This document shows positions 55,336 to 64,000 of a stretch of 64,000 nucleotides of DNA, piece after piece (the first letter of the stretch is position 1; every line of letters begins with the position of its first letter). Source of the stretch: Flammeovirgaceae bacterium (GTDB lineage: Bacteria; Bacteroidota; Bacteroidia; Cytophagales; Cyclobacteriaceae); the NCBI GenBank assembly GCA_023251155.1, contig JAHEZH010000001.1:56694-120693 (forward strand), read 5' to 3'. The notes under the pieces are model-generated. The model made no database searches and was not told where the DNA came from. It saw only the letters and a list, made by a program, of their open reading frames with translations. Position numbers and translations under genes: made by a program.

Positions 55336-55902
55336 ATGAAAGAAGTTGTTCGTTGCCCGTGGTGCTTAGGTTTTGATGAGTACATCAACTACCATGATGA
55401 AGAATGGGGCGTGCCTGTTCATGATGATCGTGTCCATTTCGAGTTTTTGATTCTGGAAGGAGCACAAGCCGGGCTAAGCTGGTCAACCATTTTAAAAAAG
55501 CGTAAAGGCTATGCAAGAGCTTTCGCGGATTTCGATCCTGAAAAAGTTGCCCGCTTTACCGATGCGAAGCTGGAAAAAATTCTGCTTGATCCGGGCATCG
55601 TGCGCAACCGGCTAAAGGTTTACGCTGCGCGAACCAACGCAAAACAATTTCTTGCTGTACAAAAAGAATTCGGATCGTTCGATAAATACATTTGGGGATT
55701 TGTCAATAACAAACCCATAGTAAACCATCTCAAATCCCTGAGCGAAGCAAAAGCCACCACAAAAGAATCGGATGCACTGAGCAAGGATTTAATCAAGCGC
55801 GGGTTTAAGTTTGTAGGAAGCACTGTTATTTATGCCCACATGCAGGCGTGTGGATTAGTAAACGACCACCTGGTGGATTGCTGGAGGTATAAAAAGGTCT
55901 AG
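55336..55902 (+). CDS. tag: DNA-3-methyladenine glycosylase I
   Basis: ...RCPWCLGFDEYINYHDEEWGVPVHDDRVHFEFLILEGAQAGLSWSTILKKR... is the canonical Tag sequence. The start is the ATG at 55336. Confidence 0.9.
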   Translation: MKEVVRCPWCLGFDEYINYHDEEWGVPVHDDRVHFEFLILEGAQAGLSWSTILKKRKGYARAFADFDPEKVARFTDAKLEKILLDPGIVRNRLKVYAARTNAKQFLAVQKEFGSFDKYIWGFVNNKPIVNHLKSLSEAKATTKESDALSKDLIKRGFKFVGSTVIYAHMQACGLVNDHLVDCWRYKKV

Positions 55903-56519
55903 CGTATTTCTGAAAAATAGTTCCAGAAAGCGTACAGCCCCAATACCAGTAAGATAACTCCCGGAGTAAGTTTAACAAGCATACTGTCCTTTACTACATG
56001 TGCTAATTTATTAGCAAGAAAAATAAAAAGCGTTAATAGTGCCATTGCTCCCAATGAGGTGGCAAACACGTACGTGTGTACCAACCCCGCTGTAGATAAA
56101 TCAATCCAGCCATGGGCTTTAAAGTAGGCAGTGATGGCCACCCAAAATGGAATTGCCATCGGGTTAAGTATGCTCAGAACAATGCCTCTGCGAAAGCCGC
56201 TCTCTCTGAATTTATTTGTGGTTGCCGGTGGATTTTTTACTTGTAGTATGCTCAGTACTCCTAACGTAGTCATGACAATGGCCGTAATGAGGCGAAAGTT
56301 TTCTACCACAGAGGGATTAGATGTAATCCAATGTTCAAACTCCACACCGATCCATGCATAGGGGTATTCAATAATGGATATGGCCAGGGCAAAACGTAAA
56401 GCCGTTTTTATTTTTCCTTCCAGCCCCAGCTGCAGCACCGATAAGTTGAGCGTACCCGGAGGGATGGAGCCGACAAAGCTGATAATAAAGCCTATGAGAA
56501 AAGCCTGCAGGTAGAGCAT
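55899..56519 (-). CDS. LysE/RhtB-family amino-acid exporter
   Basis: 206 aa with six TM segments and an N-terminal ...GSIPPGTLN... motif. Confidence 0.8.
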   Translation of the reverse strand: MLYLQAFLIGFIISFVGSIPPGTLNLSVLQLGLEGKIKTALRFALAISIIEYPYAWIGVEFEHWITSNPSVVENFRLITAIVMTTLGVLSILQVKNPPATTNKFRESGFRRGIVLSILNPMAIPFWVAITAYFKAHGWIDLSTAGLVHTYVFATSLGAMALLTLFIFLANKLAHVVKDSMLVKLTPGVILLVLGLYAFWNYFSEIR

Positions 56520-56567
56520 CGGATTAAAAAGCCTACGATATACAATTTATAAAGTTGGATTGAAAAT

Positions 56568-57614
56568 CTAGCCCTGCTTTAATACCCTGAATTTATTATA
56601 AATGTTTTTGCCCTCCTGAAAAGGAATGTATTGAACGCCTCGCTTGTGGTTTTGGGTGCTGATGTGGTACAGGTTTTGCCAATGGGTGGTTAATACCTTT
56701 AATGCTTGCCACAGCGATGAACCCGGATGATAAATATGTGCCGGTTCTGCTCCGCATCCATTCAACTCAACAATCTTTACGTTTCCGTTTTCGAGATCAG
56801 TGACTGTGGCACACCGTAGGTCAAAGCGACCAAAGTAAAAACCGGGTATCTGTTTACTGATGTAGTCAAAGGATTCGTTCAGCCTGGAGGTGATGAGATG
56901 ATTGCCATTCAGGAAGGTAGTGCCCAGACAATGATTCCCTATGGGTACCAATTCCCGCTTTTCACCGGCAGGGATAATCATCTGCAATTCTTTTTCATAG
57001 GTAATCTTCAATACCTCCCATTGCAGCTTGGCGCGGTCTTTCTCAAGAATCAACTGCTGCAATGTGCTTGTTCCGTTACCTGTTACACTTAAAAAATCTT
57101 TACCGGTAATGGAGATGACCTTCCCTTTCTCTTCTTCCGGTAGGCGTACATAAAACACACCGAACTCCAGCGGCAGATCTACTAATTCCTGAATAATAAA
57201 ATCGATCTTTATCTGTGCGAGGTATTGATCAATGTCCTTTTCATTAAAAATTCGTTTTACCATCCAGCCGCGCTCACCCATATCGGGTTTAAAGATCAAT
57301 GGAAACGTAAACCCGCCTTCCTTCATGGTATGAAGTACTTCTTCTTTTGTAGCGGGCAAATGAACAAGAATGGTTTTGGGTTTTACTTCTGTTGGCACTA
57401 GATCCAATACCTGTGATTTGGATTCACCAAACATACCGCCCATCAGTATCGATGGATTAGATGCCGAGAAGAAAAAGATGCTGCGTGCTTTTAAAGAAAG
57501 CCAAAGCCAGTAAATAAAAAACGGACCTTGCACTATTCCAAAGGGCCAGTATTCCCAATTAGTAAGTTTGATGAAAAAATTGCTGTGGACAATACGTTGA
57601 TATAAACTACTCAT
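56568..57614 (-). CDS. membrane-anchored ATP-grasp-like ligase of unknown substrate
   Basis: The N-terminal ~60 aa are hydrophobic (WPFGIVQGPFFIYWLWLSL). The remainder resembles an ATP-grasp fold (...FPLIFKPDMGERG...IIQELVD...GRFDLRC...VELNGCGAEP). Confidence 0.55.
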   Translation of the reverse strand: MSSLYQRIVHSNFFIKLTNWEYWPFGIVQGPFFIYWLWLSLKARSIFFFSASNPSILMGGMFGESKSQVLDLVPTEVKPKTILVHLPATKEEVLHTMKEGGFTFPLIFKPDMGERGWMVKRIFNEKDIDQYLAQIKIDFIIQELVDLPLEFGVFYVRLPEEEKGKVISITGKDFLSVTGNGTSTLQQLILEKDRAKLQWEVLKITYEKELQMIIPAGEKRELVPIGNHCLGTTFLNGNHLITSRLNESFDYISKQIPGFYFGRFDLRCATVTDLENGNVKIVELNGCGAEPAHIYHPGSSLWQALKVLTTHWQNLYHISTQNHKRGVQYIPFQEGKNIYNKFRVLKQG

Positions 57615-57629
57615 TGAGCTGCCAGCACA

Positions 57630-58142
57630 TTAACGAGCCATCACAGTTTCCTGGTGACGCAGCGTGGATACCGCAATACCAAAATCAGCAGGAAGATTAA
57701 TGTAAGATGCTATTTCACGCACACCAATTTTCATGATGGCCATGTGATGAACTGCATGTTCAATGTTGTACGTCAGTTCTCTGAAATAATTGGTTTCAAT
57801 CGTAATGCAGTTTTCACTGTCCCGGTCATAACCCACTTCCAGTTTCAGATACTGATCTTCATTTTGGTTAACAATAAAATCCCGGATGCGTTGTATGGTT
57901 GCCAGCGCGATGAACTTATCCTGTTCTATCCATTTATCATGCTGCCGCTTATCATAATTCACTACGCCTTTTTTAAAACCCGATTCCAGGCAAATAAAAA
58001 ACTCAAGGGTATGGCGCAGGTGCTGGCCCACCGTTGCACTGCTGAGTGCAGATGACGGTTTGCAGAAATCTTCCGCTTTCAGCTGATGAACTACGTCTTC
58101 CAGCTGATTTAATATGGCACTGCATGCATGGGATAACTGCAT
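57630..58142 (-). CDS. DinB-family protein
   Basis: 170 aa. The His triad pattern (...VGQHLRHTLEF..., ...NIEHAVHHMAI...) is typical of DinB/YfiT-like four-helix bundles. Confidence 0.7.
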   Translation of the reverse strand: MQLSHACSAILNQLEDVVHQLKAEDFCKPSSALSSATVGQHLRHTLEFFICLESGFKKGVVNYDKRQHDKWIEQDKFIALATIQRIRDFIVNQNEDQYLKLEVGYDRDSENCITIETNYFRELTYNIEHAVHHMAIMKIGVREIASYINLPADFGIAVSTLRHQETVMAR

Positions 58143-58211
58143 AGTTCTTGGTAATGAATCAAAAATAAACTAAAAAATAATCAAAAAACGAAGTAAGTAA
58201 GGTGAACGGTG

Positions 58212-58673
58212 TCATGGAACGATTTTTTTCCAGTTCTGATCGCCCTTCATCTGCAACACTTTCTCATTCTTATTCCAGCTCTCAAGCGTATTGTTTCCCC
58301 AGAAGTTATAAAAGAGATAGAGCTTATTGTCAATTATTTTATACGTTTCTGGGTCTACCTTCACTTTTTCTCCGCTGTCTCCCATGGCGTATGCACACCA
58401 TCCGCCATAGGCAGGTTCGTATTTTGATGGCATTGCTTTGAATTTATTGAGGTTGCCTGCACTGACAAACAAATAGGTAATCCCCTTATAAACAAACGCG
58501 ATTTCTTCCTTTCCTTCCTCAGGCCGGTGATCAAAATAACTCACCGGATCATAACCATCCAGGGCAAGATTTTTCTTCACATTAAAATTTTTCTGTCTTA
58601 TCCCGTCAGATTGGGGATAGGATGGATGAGCGGCAAACAGCAGCAAAAAGAAAAGCAGGATCGGTTTCATCAT
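58212..58673 (-). CDS. secreted YHS-domain protein
   Basis: Signal peptide, then ...ALDGYDPVSYFD...AFVYKGITYLFVSAGNLNKFKAMPSKYEPAYGGWCAYAM..., as in YHS/TRASH-type domain proteins. Confidence 0.75.
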   Translation of the reverse strand: MMKPILLFFLLLFAAHPSYPQSDGIRQKNFNVKKNLALDGYDPVSYFDHRPEEGKEEIAFVYKGITYLFVSAGNLNKFKAMPSKYEPAYGGWCAYAMGDSGEKVKVDPETYKIIDNKLYLFYNFWGNNTLESWNKNEKVLQMKGDQNWKKIVP

Positions 58674-58780
58674 GGATGAGTAAAATCAAGTTAGCGACAA
58701 GCCTGACGAGCTTAACGAAAGAGAGCAAGTTCTGTTTTACGAACAAAACCGTTTGTCGTCAGCGTTACATTTCTTTTGTT

Positions 58781-59284
58781 TTAAGAGTCACCGAAATAAT
58801 TCTTTACCATTTCCCACACCAGCTCGGGCTCGTACCCCTTGCCTATGACGTAGCGGGCTACTTTATCCTTTTTCTTAAAGGTGTTTTCTTCGTGAATCAA
58901 TTCCGATTTTTTTCTGATCAGTGCTTTTAGTGTTTTCCGGTAGTCGCTGTCGTCCACTTCTTTCAGGCCAATGGAAATACATTTTTTGGTAAGTCCTTGT
59001 GCCTGAAGCTCGCGCTCTATCTTATGCTTGCCCCATTTCATGATCCGGAACTTGCCTCCTGCAAATGCTTTGGCAAAGCGCTCTTCATTCAAAAATCCTT
59101 CCGAGATCAGCCGTGAAATGGTTTCCTCCACTTCGCTGGAGTGAAGTCCGTATTCGTAAAGTTTGTTTTTTACTTCCTGATGAGAGCGCTCCTGATAAGC
59201 ACAATAACGATAGATCTTCGCCAGCGCCTCAGGGAGTGAGTACTTTTTCTTTGGTTTGAATTCGCCAAAATCTTCCGTCATCAA
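58781..59284 (-). CDS. recX: RecX family regulatory protein
   Basis: 167 aa. ...KIYRYCAYQERSHQEVKNKLYEYGL...EETISRLISEGFLNEERFAKAFAGGKFR... shows the RecX three-repeat pattern. Confidence 0.8.
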   Translation of the reverse strand: MMTEDFGEFKPKKKYSLPEALAKIYRYCAYQERSHQEVKNKLYEYGLHSSEVEETISRLISEGFLNEERFAKAFAGGKFRIMKWGKHKIERELQAQGLTKKCISIGLKEVDDSDYRKTLKALIRKKSELIHEENTFKKKDKVARYVIGKGYEPELVWEMVKNYFGDS

Positions 59285-59337
59285 TCAAATATCGAAATGA
59301 CCGAAATCATTATCAAAAAGAATAGCGAGGGAGAATC

Positions 59338-59817
59338 TTATTTATCTTTCACCAGCCCTTTGGTCTTCAGAATACTGCCGACAAACTTCCGCTCATTATC
59401 CGTATTGAAAATGCGGAAGGGCAAATGAATGAGTTGCGCTTTGTTGACTGTAAGCAGGTAGTAGTCTTTTCCGATCTGCGCCTTTTGGATCTGGTCCCAC
59501 TTCATGGGCATCCCTTCCCGCGGATTGATTTTCATGATGATCTGCTGGCTGTTGATCTCATACGAGAATTTTTCAAATAGCATTTTCCCCTGCTCGAGCT
59601 GGGTGACACCATAAAACTGGATCCACCAGAACAGAAGATAAAGGCCAGCGCCTACAAAGGCAGCGATAAACCACCAAATGGACTGAATCCATATAAAACC
59701 GAGACAGATTGCCAATACAATCAAACTCACCCACCACTGCTGACGTAAAATGGCTTTCAGCGCCAGTTTGATGTACAGATTCTTTTCTAAGCGATAGTTC
59801 TTGGTCTTGACGATCAT
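59338..59817 (-). CDS. YcxB-like membrane protein
   Basis: 159 aa with two central TM helices (WWVSLIVLAICLGFIW / WWFIAAFVGAGLYLLFWW) followed by a small soluble domain. Confidence 0.5.
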   Translation of the reverse strand: MIVKTKNYRLEKNLYIKLALKAILRQQWWVSLIVLAICLGFIWIQSIWWFIAAFVGAGLYLLFWWIQFYGVTQLEQGKMLFEKFSYEINSQQIIMKINPREGMPMKWDQIQKAQIGKDYYLLTVNKAQLIHLPFRIFNTDNERKFVGSILKTKGLVKDK

Positions 59818-59953
59818 AAATTTCCAGTTCTTCTACTTTCTAAAGGGACGCAAAAATAATGGGCTTTTGCCGGATTTACGGAATTGATGAAATTAAAAAA
59901 TTAAGAAGAGGCGGGAAGGCCAGGATCAACACGAGAAATGCAGATCGCTATTT

Positions 59954-60817
59954 CTATTTTATGGCTTTCAGGCTTAAATCAAGGCTTTTTACGGAATGTG
60001 TAAGTGCACCCACGGAAATATAATCTACCCCGGTTTCAGCCACGGAGCGTAGTGTTGACTCGGTAATTCCTCCACTGGCCTCGGTCTGGCTTTTTCCATC
60101 AATGAGTGCAACTGCTTTTTTCATCATCTCTACACTCATGTTATCCAGCATGATCACATCTACATCGCCCGCTGCCAATACTTCCTTTACCTCTTCCAGG
60201 GTCCGGGTTTCGACTTCTATAGGCAAATTCTTTCCGTTTTGCTTCAGATACGCTTTTGTATTATTGATCGCAGCCTGTACTCCGCCCGCCATATCGATAT
60301 GATTGTCTTTTAACATAATCATATCATACAGCGCAAAACGGTGGTTTTTACCTCCACCAATGACTACCGCCCATTTCTCCATCAAACGAAAATTGGGTGT
60401 CGTCTTGCGGGTATCTTTTAACTGAGCTTTTGTTCCCGCTATTAATTGGCGCAATTGATGGGTGTACGTGGCAATGCCACTCATGCGCTGCATACAGTTT
60501 AAAACCAATCGCTCGGTAGAAAGAATGGACTGCGCTGCTCCCTCTACATAAAAAGCGACTTCTCCTTTTTTTACAGGGTCACCATCCTTTTTCACAAACT
60601 GAATCTGAAGTAATGGATCAAACTGGTGGAAAATTTTTTCGGCCAGCGCTATACCGGCAATGATGCCATTGTCTTTGATCAGAAGCTGGGCCTTACTTCT
60701 GTCTGACTTTGAAATTGCTCCCAGTGAAGAGTGATCTCCCTCGCCAATATCTTCGGTTAACGCCGACTTGATAAAACCGGATATGGCTTCTTCCGTAAGA
60801 TAAGAAGGGCGCATCAT
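59954..60817 (-). CDS. nadC: nicotinate-nucleotide diphosphorylase (carboxylating), quinolinate phosphoribosyltransferase
   Basis: 287 aa. ...DTRKTTPNFRLMEKWAVVIGGGKNHRFALYDMIMLKDNHI... and ...IMLDNM... motifs. Confidence 0.92.
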   Translation of the reverse strand: MMRPSYLTEEAISGFIKSALTEDIGEGDHSSLGAISKSDRSKAQLLIKDNGIIAGIALAEKIFHQFDPLLQIQFVKKDGDPVKKGEVAFYVEGAAQSILSTERLVLNCMQRMSGIATYTHQLRQLIAGTKAQLKDTRKTTPNFRLMEKWAVVIGGGKNHRFALYDMIMLKDNHIDMAGGVQAAINNTKAYLKQNGKNLPIEVETRTLEEVKEVLAAGDVDVIMLDNMSVEMMKKAVALIDGKSQTEASGGITESTLRSVAETGVDYISVGALTHSVKSLDLSLKAIK

Positions 60818-61212
60818 TCCTTTACAAAGTTAATCTCGTGGATCAGGTTTACTTTGTTTACCTCTTTCACACGAAGCATTACGTTGTAGTTCTCTCCATT
60901 GCTGTTATAGCGGCCAATGGCATATTGAAGGCCACCTTTCGATGAGCCCGTGTGTACAATATTGAAATCAGTAGGGGGATGTTTCTTGAAAAAATCGCGC
61001 AAAACGAATTCTGCCTGTGTTTTGCTATACGAATCAACCGTCCCCTCTATATCCATATCCACTGACGTATTGAAAAACTTAACCACTTCCTTGGCATTCC
61101 CTGTTTTCAGGGCGTCTTTCATGGGGTTGAACAATTCTGCCTGCTGTGCAAACAATTCTGTTCCGGCCACTACCAAAAGACAAACAAATGCAACTCTAAT
61201 ATTCATAGTCAT
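60814..61212 (-). CDS. DUF4783-like secreted protein
   Basis: 132 aa with a signal peptide and an NTF2-like small domain (...SKTQAEFVLRDFFKKHPP...). Overlaps the nadC start by 4 nt. Confidence 0.5.
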   Translation of the reverse strand: MTMNIRVAFVCLLVVAGTELFAQQAELFNPMKDALKTGNAKEVVKFFNTSVDMDIEGTVDSYSKTQAEFVLRDFFKKHPPTDFNIVHTGSSKGGLQYAIGRYNSNGENYNVMLRVKEVNKVNLIHEINFVKE

Positions 61213-61360
61213 GTTATCAGTCCAAAATTATGCCATTATAGTGTGAATAAATCTGCCTGAAATTGTTTTTTTTAAAACAACCTTCCAAGCCGATGTAATA
61301 TCCTCTGAAAGATTCCACGAATCACCGTTATATTTGGCGGCTTATTAACACGCTATTTAT

Positions 61361-62887
61361 ATGAATAAGAAAGTATTATTGATGATTTTGGATGGCTGGG
61401 GCCTGGGTAATAATCCCAAAGTATCCGCCATCGCACATTCCAAAACTCCTTATATCAATTCGCTATACGAAAAATATCCGCATAGTAAACTGGAGGCGTC
61501 CGGTCTGGCAGTAGGGTTACCCGCTGGCCAGATGGGAAACTCGGAGGTCGGCCACATGAATATTGGCGCAGGCCGTGTGGTCTACCAGGACCTGGTAAAG
61601 GTAAATAAGGCCGTAGAAGAAAAAGAACTCGATCATAATCAGATCCTGCTGGATTCCTTCGCGTACGCGAAAGCGAATAACAAAGCCATTCATTTCATTG
61701 GATTGGTTTCGGATGGTGGTGTTCACTCGCATACCGAACATCTTAAGGGACTTTGCACCATCGCCGCTAATAACGGGCTGAAAAACGTGTTCGTTCACGT
61801 TTTCACAGATGGAAGAGATACCGATCCCAAAGGCGGAGCTATTTATGTGAAGGATTTGCAGGATCACCTGGCAAAAACCACTGGTAAAATTGCCAGCATC
61901 GTGGGGCGCTACTATGCCATGGATCGTGACAAACGCTGGGAACGTGTAAAACTGGCTTACGATGTGATGGTAAAAGGGATAGGCGAAAAAGCAACCGATG
62001 CACTTGCTGCCATTCAGAAATCGTACGCTGAAAACGTAACGGATGAATTCATAAAACCCGTTGTAATTACGGGTGCTGATCAAAAACCGTTGGCCACTAT
62101 TCAGGAAGGAGATGTTGTACTCTGCTTTAACTTCCGTACTGATCGTGGTCGTGAAATTACCATGGCCTTGACCCAGCAGGATTTTCCAGAGCAGGACATG
62201 AAAAAACTGCCGTTGTACTATATCACCATGAGCAACTATGACGACACGTTCAAGGACGTGAAAGTCATTTTCGATAAAGACAACCTGACCAACACACTGG
62301 GTGAAATTATTTCGAAAGCAAAGAAGAAACAGATCCGCATCGCAGAGACGGAGAAATACCCGCACGTTACTTTCTTCTTTTCAGGAGGGCGCGAAGAACC
62401 ATTTGAAGGGGAATCACGATTGCTGTGCCCATCTCCCAAAGTGGCCACATATGATCTGAAACCGGAGATGAGCGCCAACGACATCAAAGACAAAATCATA
62501 GTAGAGCTGGAGAAGAAAGAGGTGGACTTTATCTGTCTCAATTTTGCCAATCCGGATATGGTGGGGCATACCGGTGTTTTCGAGGCGGCAATCAAAGCCT
62601 GTGAAACCGTAGATCTGTGTAATCAGGCCGTAACGGAAGTGGCTCGCAAAAATGGTTATTCCGTAATCGTCATTGCTGACCATGGTAATTCCGAATTGAT
62701 GATCAACGATGACGGAAGCCCGAACACCGCGCATACTACAAATCTTGTTCCGTGCATTTTAGTAGATGATCAGTATAAAGGAAAAATAAAAGATGGTAAG
62801 CTGGGTGATCTTGCTCCCACCATTCTTACCCTGATGGGCATTCCTATTCCAAAAGAAATGACCGGTAATGTATTGATTGATGCGTAA
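61361..62887 (+). CDS. gpmI: 2,3-bisphosphoglycerate-independent phosphoglycerate mutase
   Basis: 508 aa. MNKKVLLMILDGWG..., GNSEVGHMNIGAGR, ...SDGGVHSH..., ...ADHGN.... Confidence 0.95.
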   Translation: MNKKVLLMILDGWGLGNNPKVSAIAHSKTPYINSLYEKYPHSKLEASGLAVGLPAGQMGNSEVGHMNIGAGRVVYQDLVKVNKAVEEKELDHNQILLDSFAYAKANNKAIHFIGLVSDGGVHSHTEHLKGLCTIAANNGLKNVFVHVFTDGRDTDPKGGAIYVKDLQDHLAKTTGKIASIVGRYYAMDRDKRWERVKLAYDVMVKGIGEKATDALAAIQKSYAENVTDEFIKPVVITGADQKPLATIQEGDVVLCFNFRTDRGREITMALTQQDFPEQDMKKLPLYYITMSNYDDTFKDVKVIFDKDNLTNTLGEIISKAKKKQIRIAETEKYPHVTFFFSGGREEPFEGESRLLCPSPKVATYDLKPEMSANDIKDKIIVELEKKEVDFICLNFANPDMVGHTGVFEAAIKACETVDLCNQAVTEVARKNGYSVIVIADHGNSELMINDDGSPNTAHTTNLVPCILVDDQYKGKIKDGKLGDLAPTILTLMGIPIPKEMTGNVLIDA

Positions 62888-63458
62888 GAGTTCGGTCTTC
62901 TTAGTTTTATTCTTTGGTATGATCTGCTTTTCGTGTGAGAAACAAACAAGAAGAGCAGATACTTTTTTCGATAGTCTCGCTACTGCCTCCACCGGGTTTC
63001 TGGTGAAACAGAAAGCGTCTGTACGAAAAGAGGTGACCATCGAAAACAAGCAAGACACCATTCAGCTTCAACCCGATTCTTCTTTTTGGGCCAATGATAT
63101 GGATGTGTTCAGACAGTTGGCGGCTTTTCAAAAACCATCCTACCGTGATTTGTACAAAATGGAAGATGGACTTAAAGACCATCAGAGCAATCTGACCATA
63201 CGCCAGTTCACTGCTACAAAGCCGACTCCGGTACCCGTAGTGCGCTTCTTTTATCATCAGCATTTCAATCAACTGAAAAAAATAGAAGCGGAGTACCTGG
63301 AAGAAAATGCCCTGTATTCCACCTCACGCCACTTAATCATGGAGTTTGAAGACGTTGAGGGGAAACCGGCACTCAGTTATTATTCCATGAATGGATTTCA
63401 AAAGATGATTTTAAATGACAGCACTCATTACTCTGTTCATTCGTACATCACGTATTAA
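62877..63458 (+). CDS. putative lipoprotein of unknown function
   Basis: MMRKSSVFLVLFFGMICFSC lipobox. Overlaps the gpmI stop by 11 nt. No family recognised. Confidence 0.5.
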   Translation: MMRKSSVFLVLFFGMICFSCEKQTRRADTFFDSLATASTGFLVKQKASVRKEVTIENKQDTIQLQPDSSFWANDMDVFRQLAAFQKPSYRDLYKMEDGLKDHQSNLTIRQFTATKPTPVPVVRFFYHQHFNQLKKIEAEYLEENALYSTSRHLIMEFEDVEGKPALSYYSMNGFQKMILNDSTHYSVHSYITY

Positions 63459-63504
63459 TCATCAACACAAAGACTAACAATTTTTCTATTGCGTCAATAA
63501 AAGT

Positions 63505-64000
63505 ATGGCTAAGCGGAGATTAGAAAGTGAAGAAGACAAAAAGCCTTTAACCAAAGCAGGGCTGCAAAAATTTATTGGGGTTTTCCGATTTGTAGGACCT
63601 TACCGATGGTCTTTTTTTGCAGGGTTAGGGGCGCTTACATTGTCCAGTCTTACTATTCTTTCTTTTCCCTTCCTGGGAGGAAAATTAATGGACGTGGCTC
63701 AGGGACATTCCTGGAGGTTTCTCAGTACCGTTAATGAAGTGGTCTTTCTTCTGGTTGCTGTTCTTGTTTTTCAAAGCATCTTCTCTTTTCTACGCGTTTA
63801 TTTCTTTGCCAATGTAAGCGAGCGGGCGCTGGCCGACCTACGCCATACGGTCTATGAAAAAATCATTTGGCTGCCACAGACATTTTTTGATAGCCGAAGA
63901 GTTGGAGAACTGACCAGCCGCATTACTTCAGATGTAAGCACGCTGCAAGATGCGTTCTCTTCCATGCTGGCCGAGCTTTTGCGTCAATCGCTCATGCTGA
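63505..64000 (+). CDS. ABC transporter permease/ATPase (MsbA-like exporter), N-terminal part; continues beyond the window
   Basis: ATG at 63505. The TM helices and ...FFDSRRVGELTSRITSDVSTLQDAFS... motif are typical of ABC exporter transmembrane domains. The frame is open to base 64000. Confidence 0.8.
   Translation, partial: MAKRRLESEEDKKPLTKAGLQKFIGVFRFVGPYRWSFFAGLGALTLSSLTILSFPFLGGKLMDVAQGHSWRFLSTVNEVVFLLVAVLVFQSIFSFLRVYFFANVSERALADLRHTVYEKIIWLPQTFFDSRRVGELTSRITSDVSTLQDAFSSMLAELLRQSLML

Noticed and set aside
61517-62365. 282-aa ORF (and ORFs at 62236-62734) antisense to gpmI
   Set aside because: gpmI is full-length and canonical on the plus strand. The antisense frames are shadow ORFs.

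Overview
This window looks like a chromosomal segment from a member of the Bacteroidota. The evidence is the rpsU-xerC-hpf gene order, several TonB-dependent receptor and lipoprotein genes, DUF families typical of the phylum, a TTTG / TAnnTTTG-type promoter, and almost no Shine-Dalgarno signal. I call about 70 protein genes, two tRNAs (Leu-UAA, Gly-GCC) and several clear hairpin terminators. I saw no rRNA, CRISPR array, transposase or phage genes. Most of the window is housekeeping: UDP-glucose dehydrogenase and UDP-xylose synthase, acyl-CoA dehydrogenase, rpsU, hpf, uvrA, an RND efflux triplet, fumC, gltBD, nadC, gpmI, recX, tag and a LytS/LytTR-type two-component pair. Seven regions look accessory or unusual. 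(1) A SigJ/ECF41-like sigma factor has a shortened C-terminal regulatory domain. It sits between two delta-9-type desaturases and a DEAD-box helicase, and is followed by an ECF41-like promoter motif and a leader terminator. (2) A divergent cluster encodes a type III PKS, methyltransferase, UbiA prenyltransferase and flavoprotein, probably making a prenylated phenolic lipid. (3) A cytoplasmic LRR-protein kinase gene lies 4 nt from a group II truncated haemoglobin gene. (4) An apparently lower-GC islet next to the two tRNAs carries four small XRE-type HTH genes, phased 15-bp direct repeats, and a Cys-rich DUF6660-like gene with a TonB-dependent receptor. (5) An orphan HisA paralog lacks the first catalytic Asp. 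(6) A relic of a Uma2-family endonuclease gene remains. (7) A perfect 12-bp palindrome lies in front of a PDZ/aspartyl-protease gene. All family assignments come from reading motifs by eye. No searches were run, and the functional links are hypotheses.
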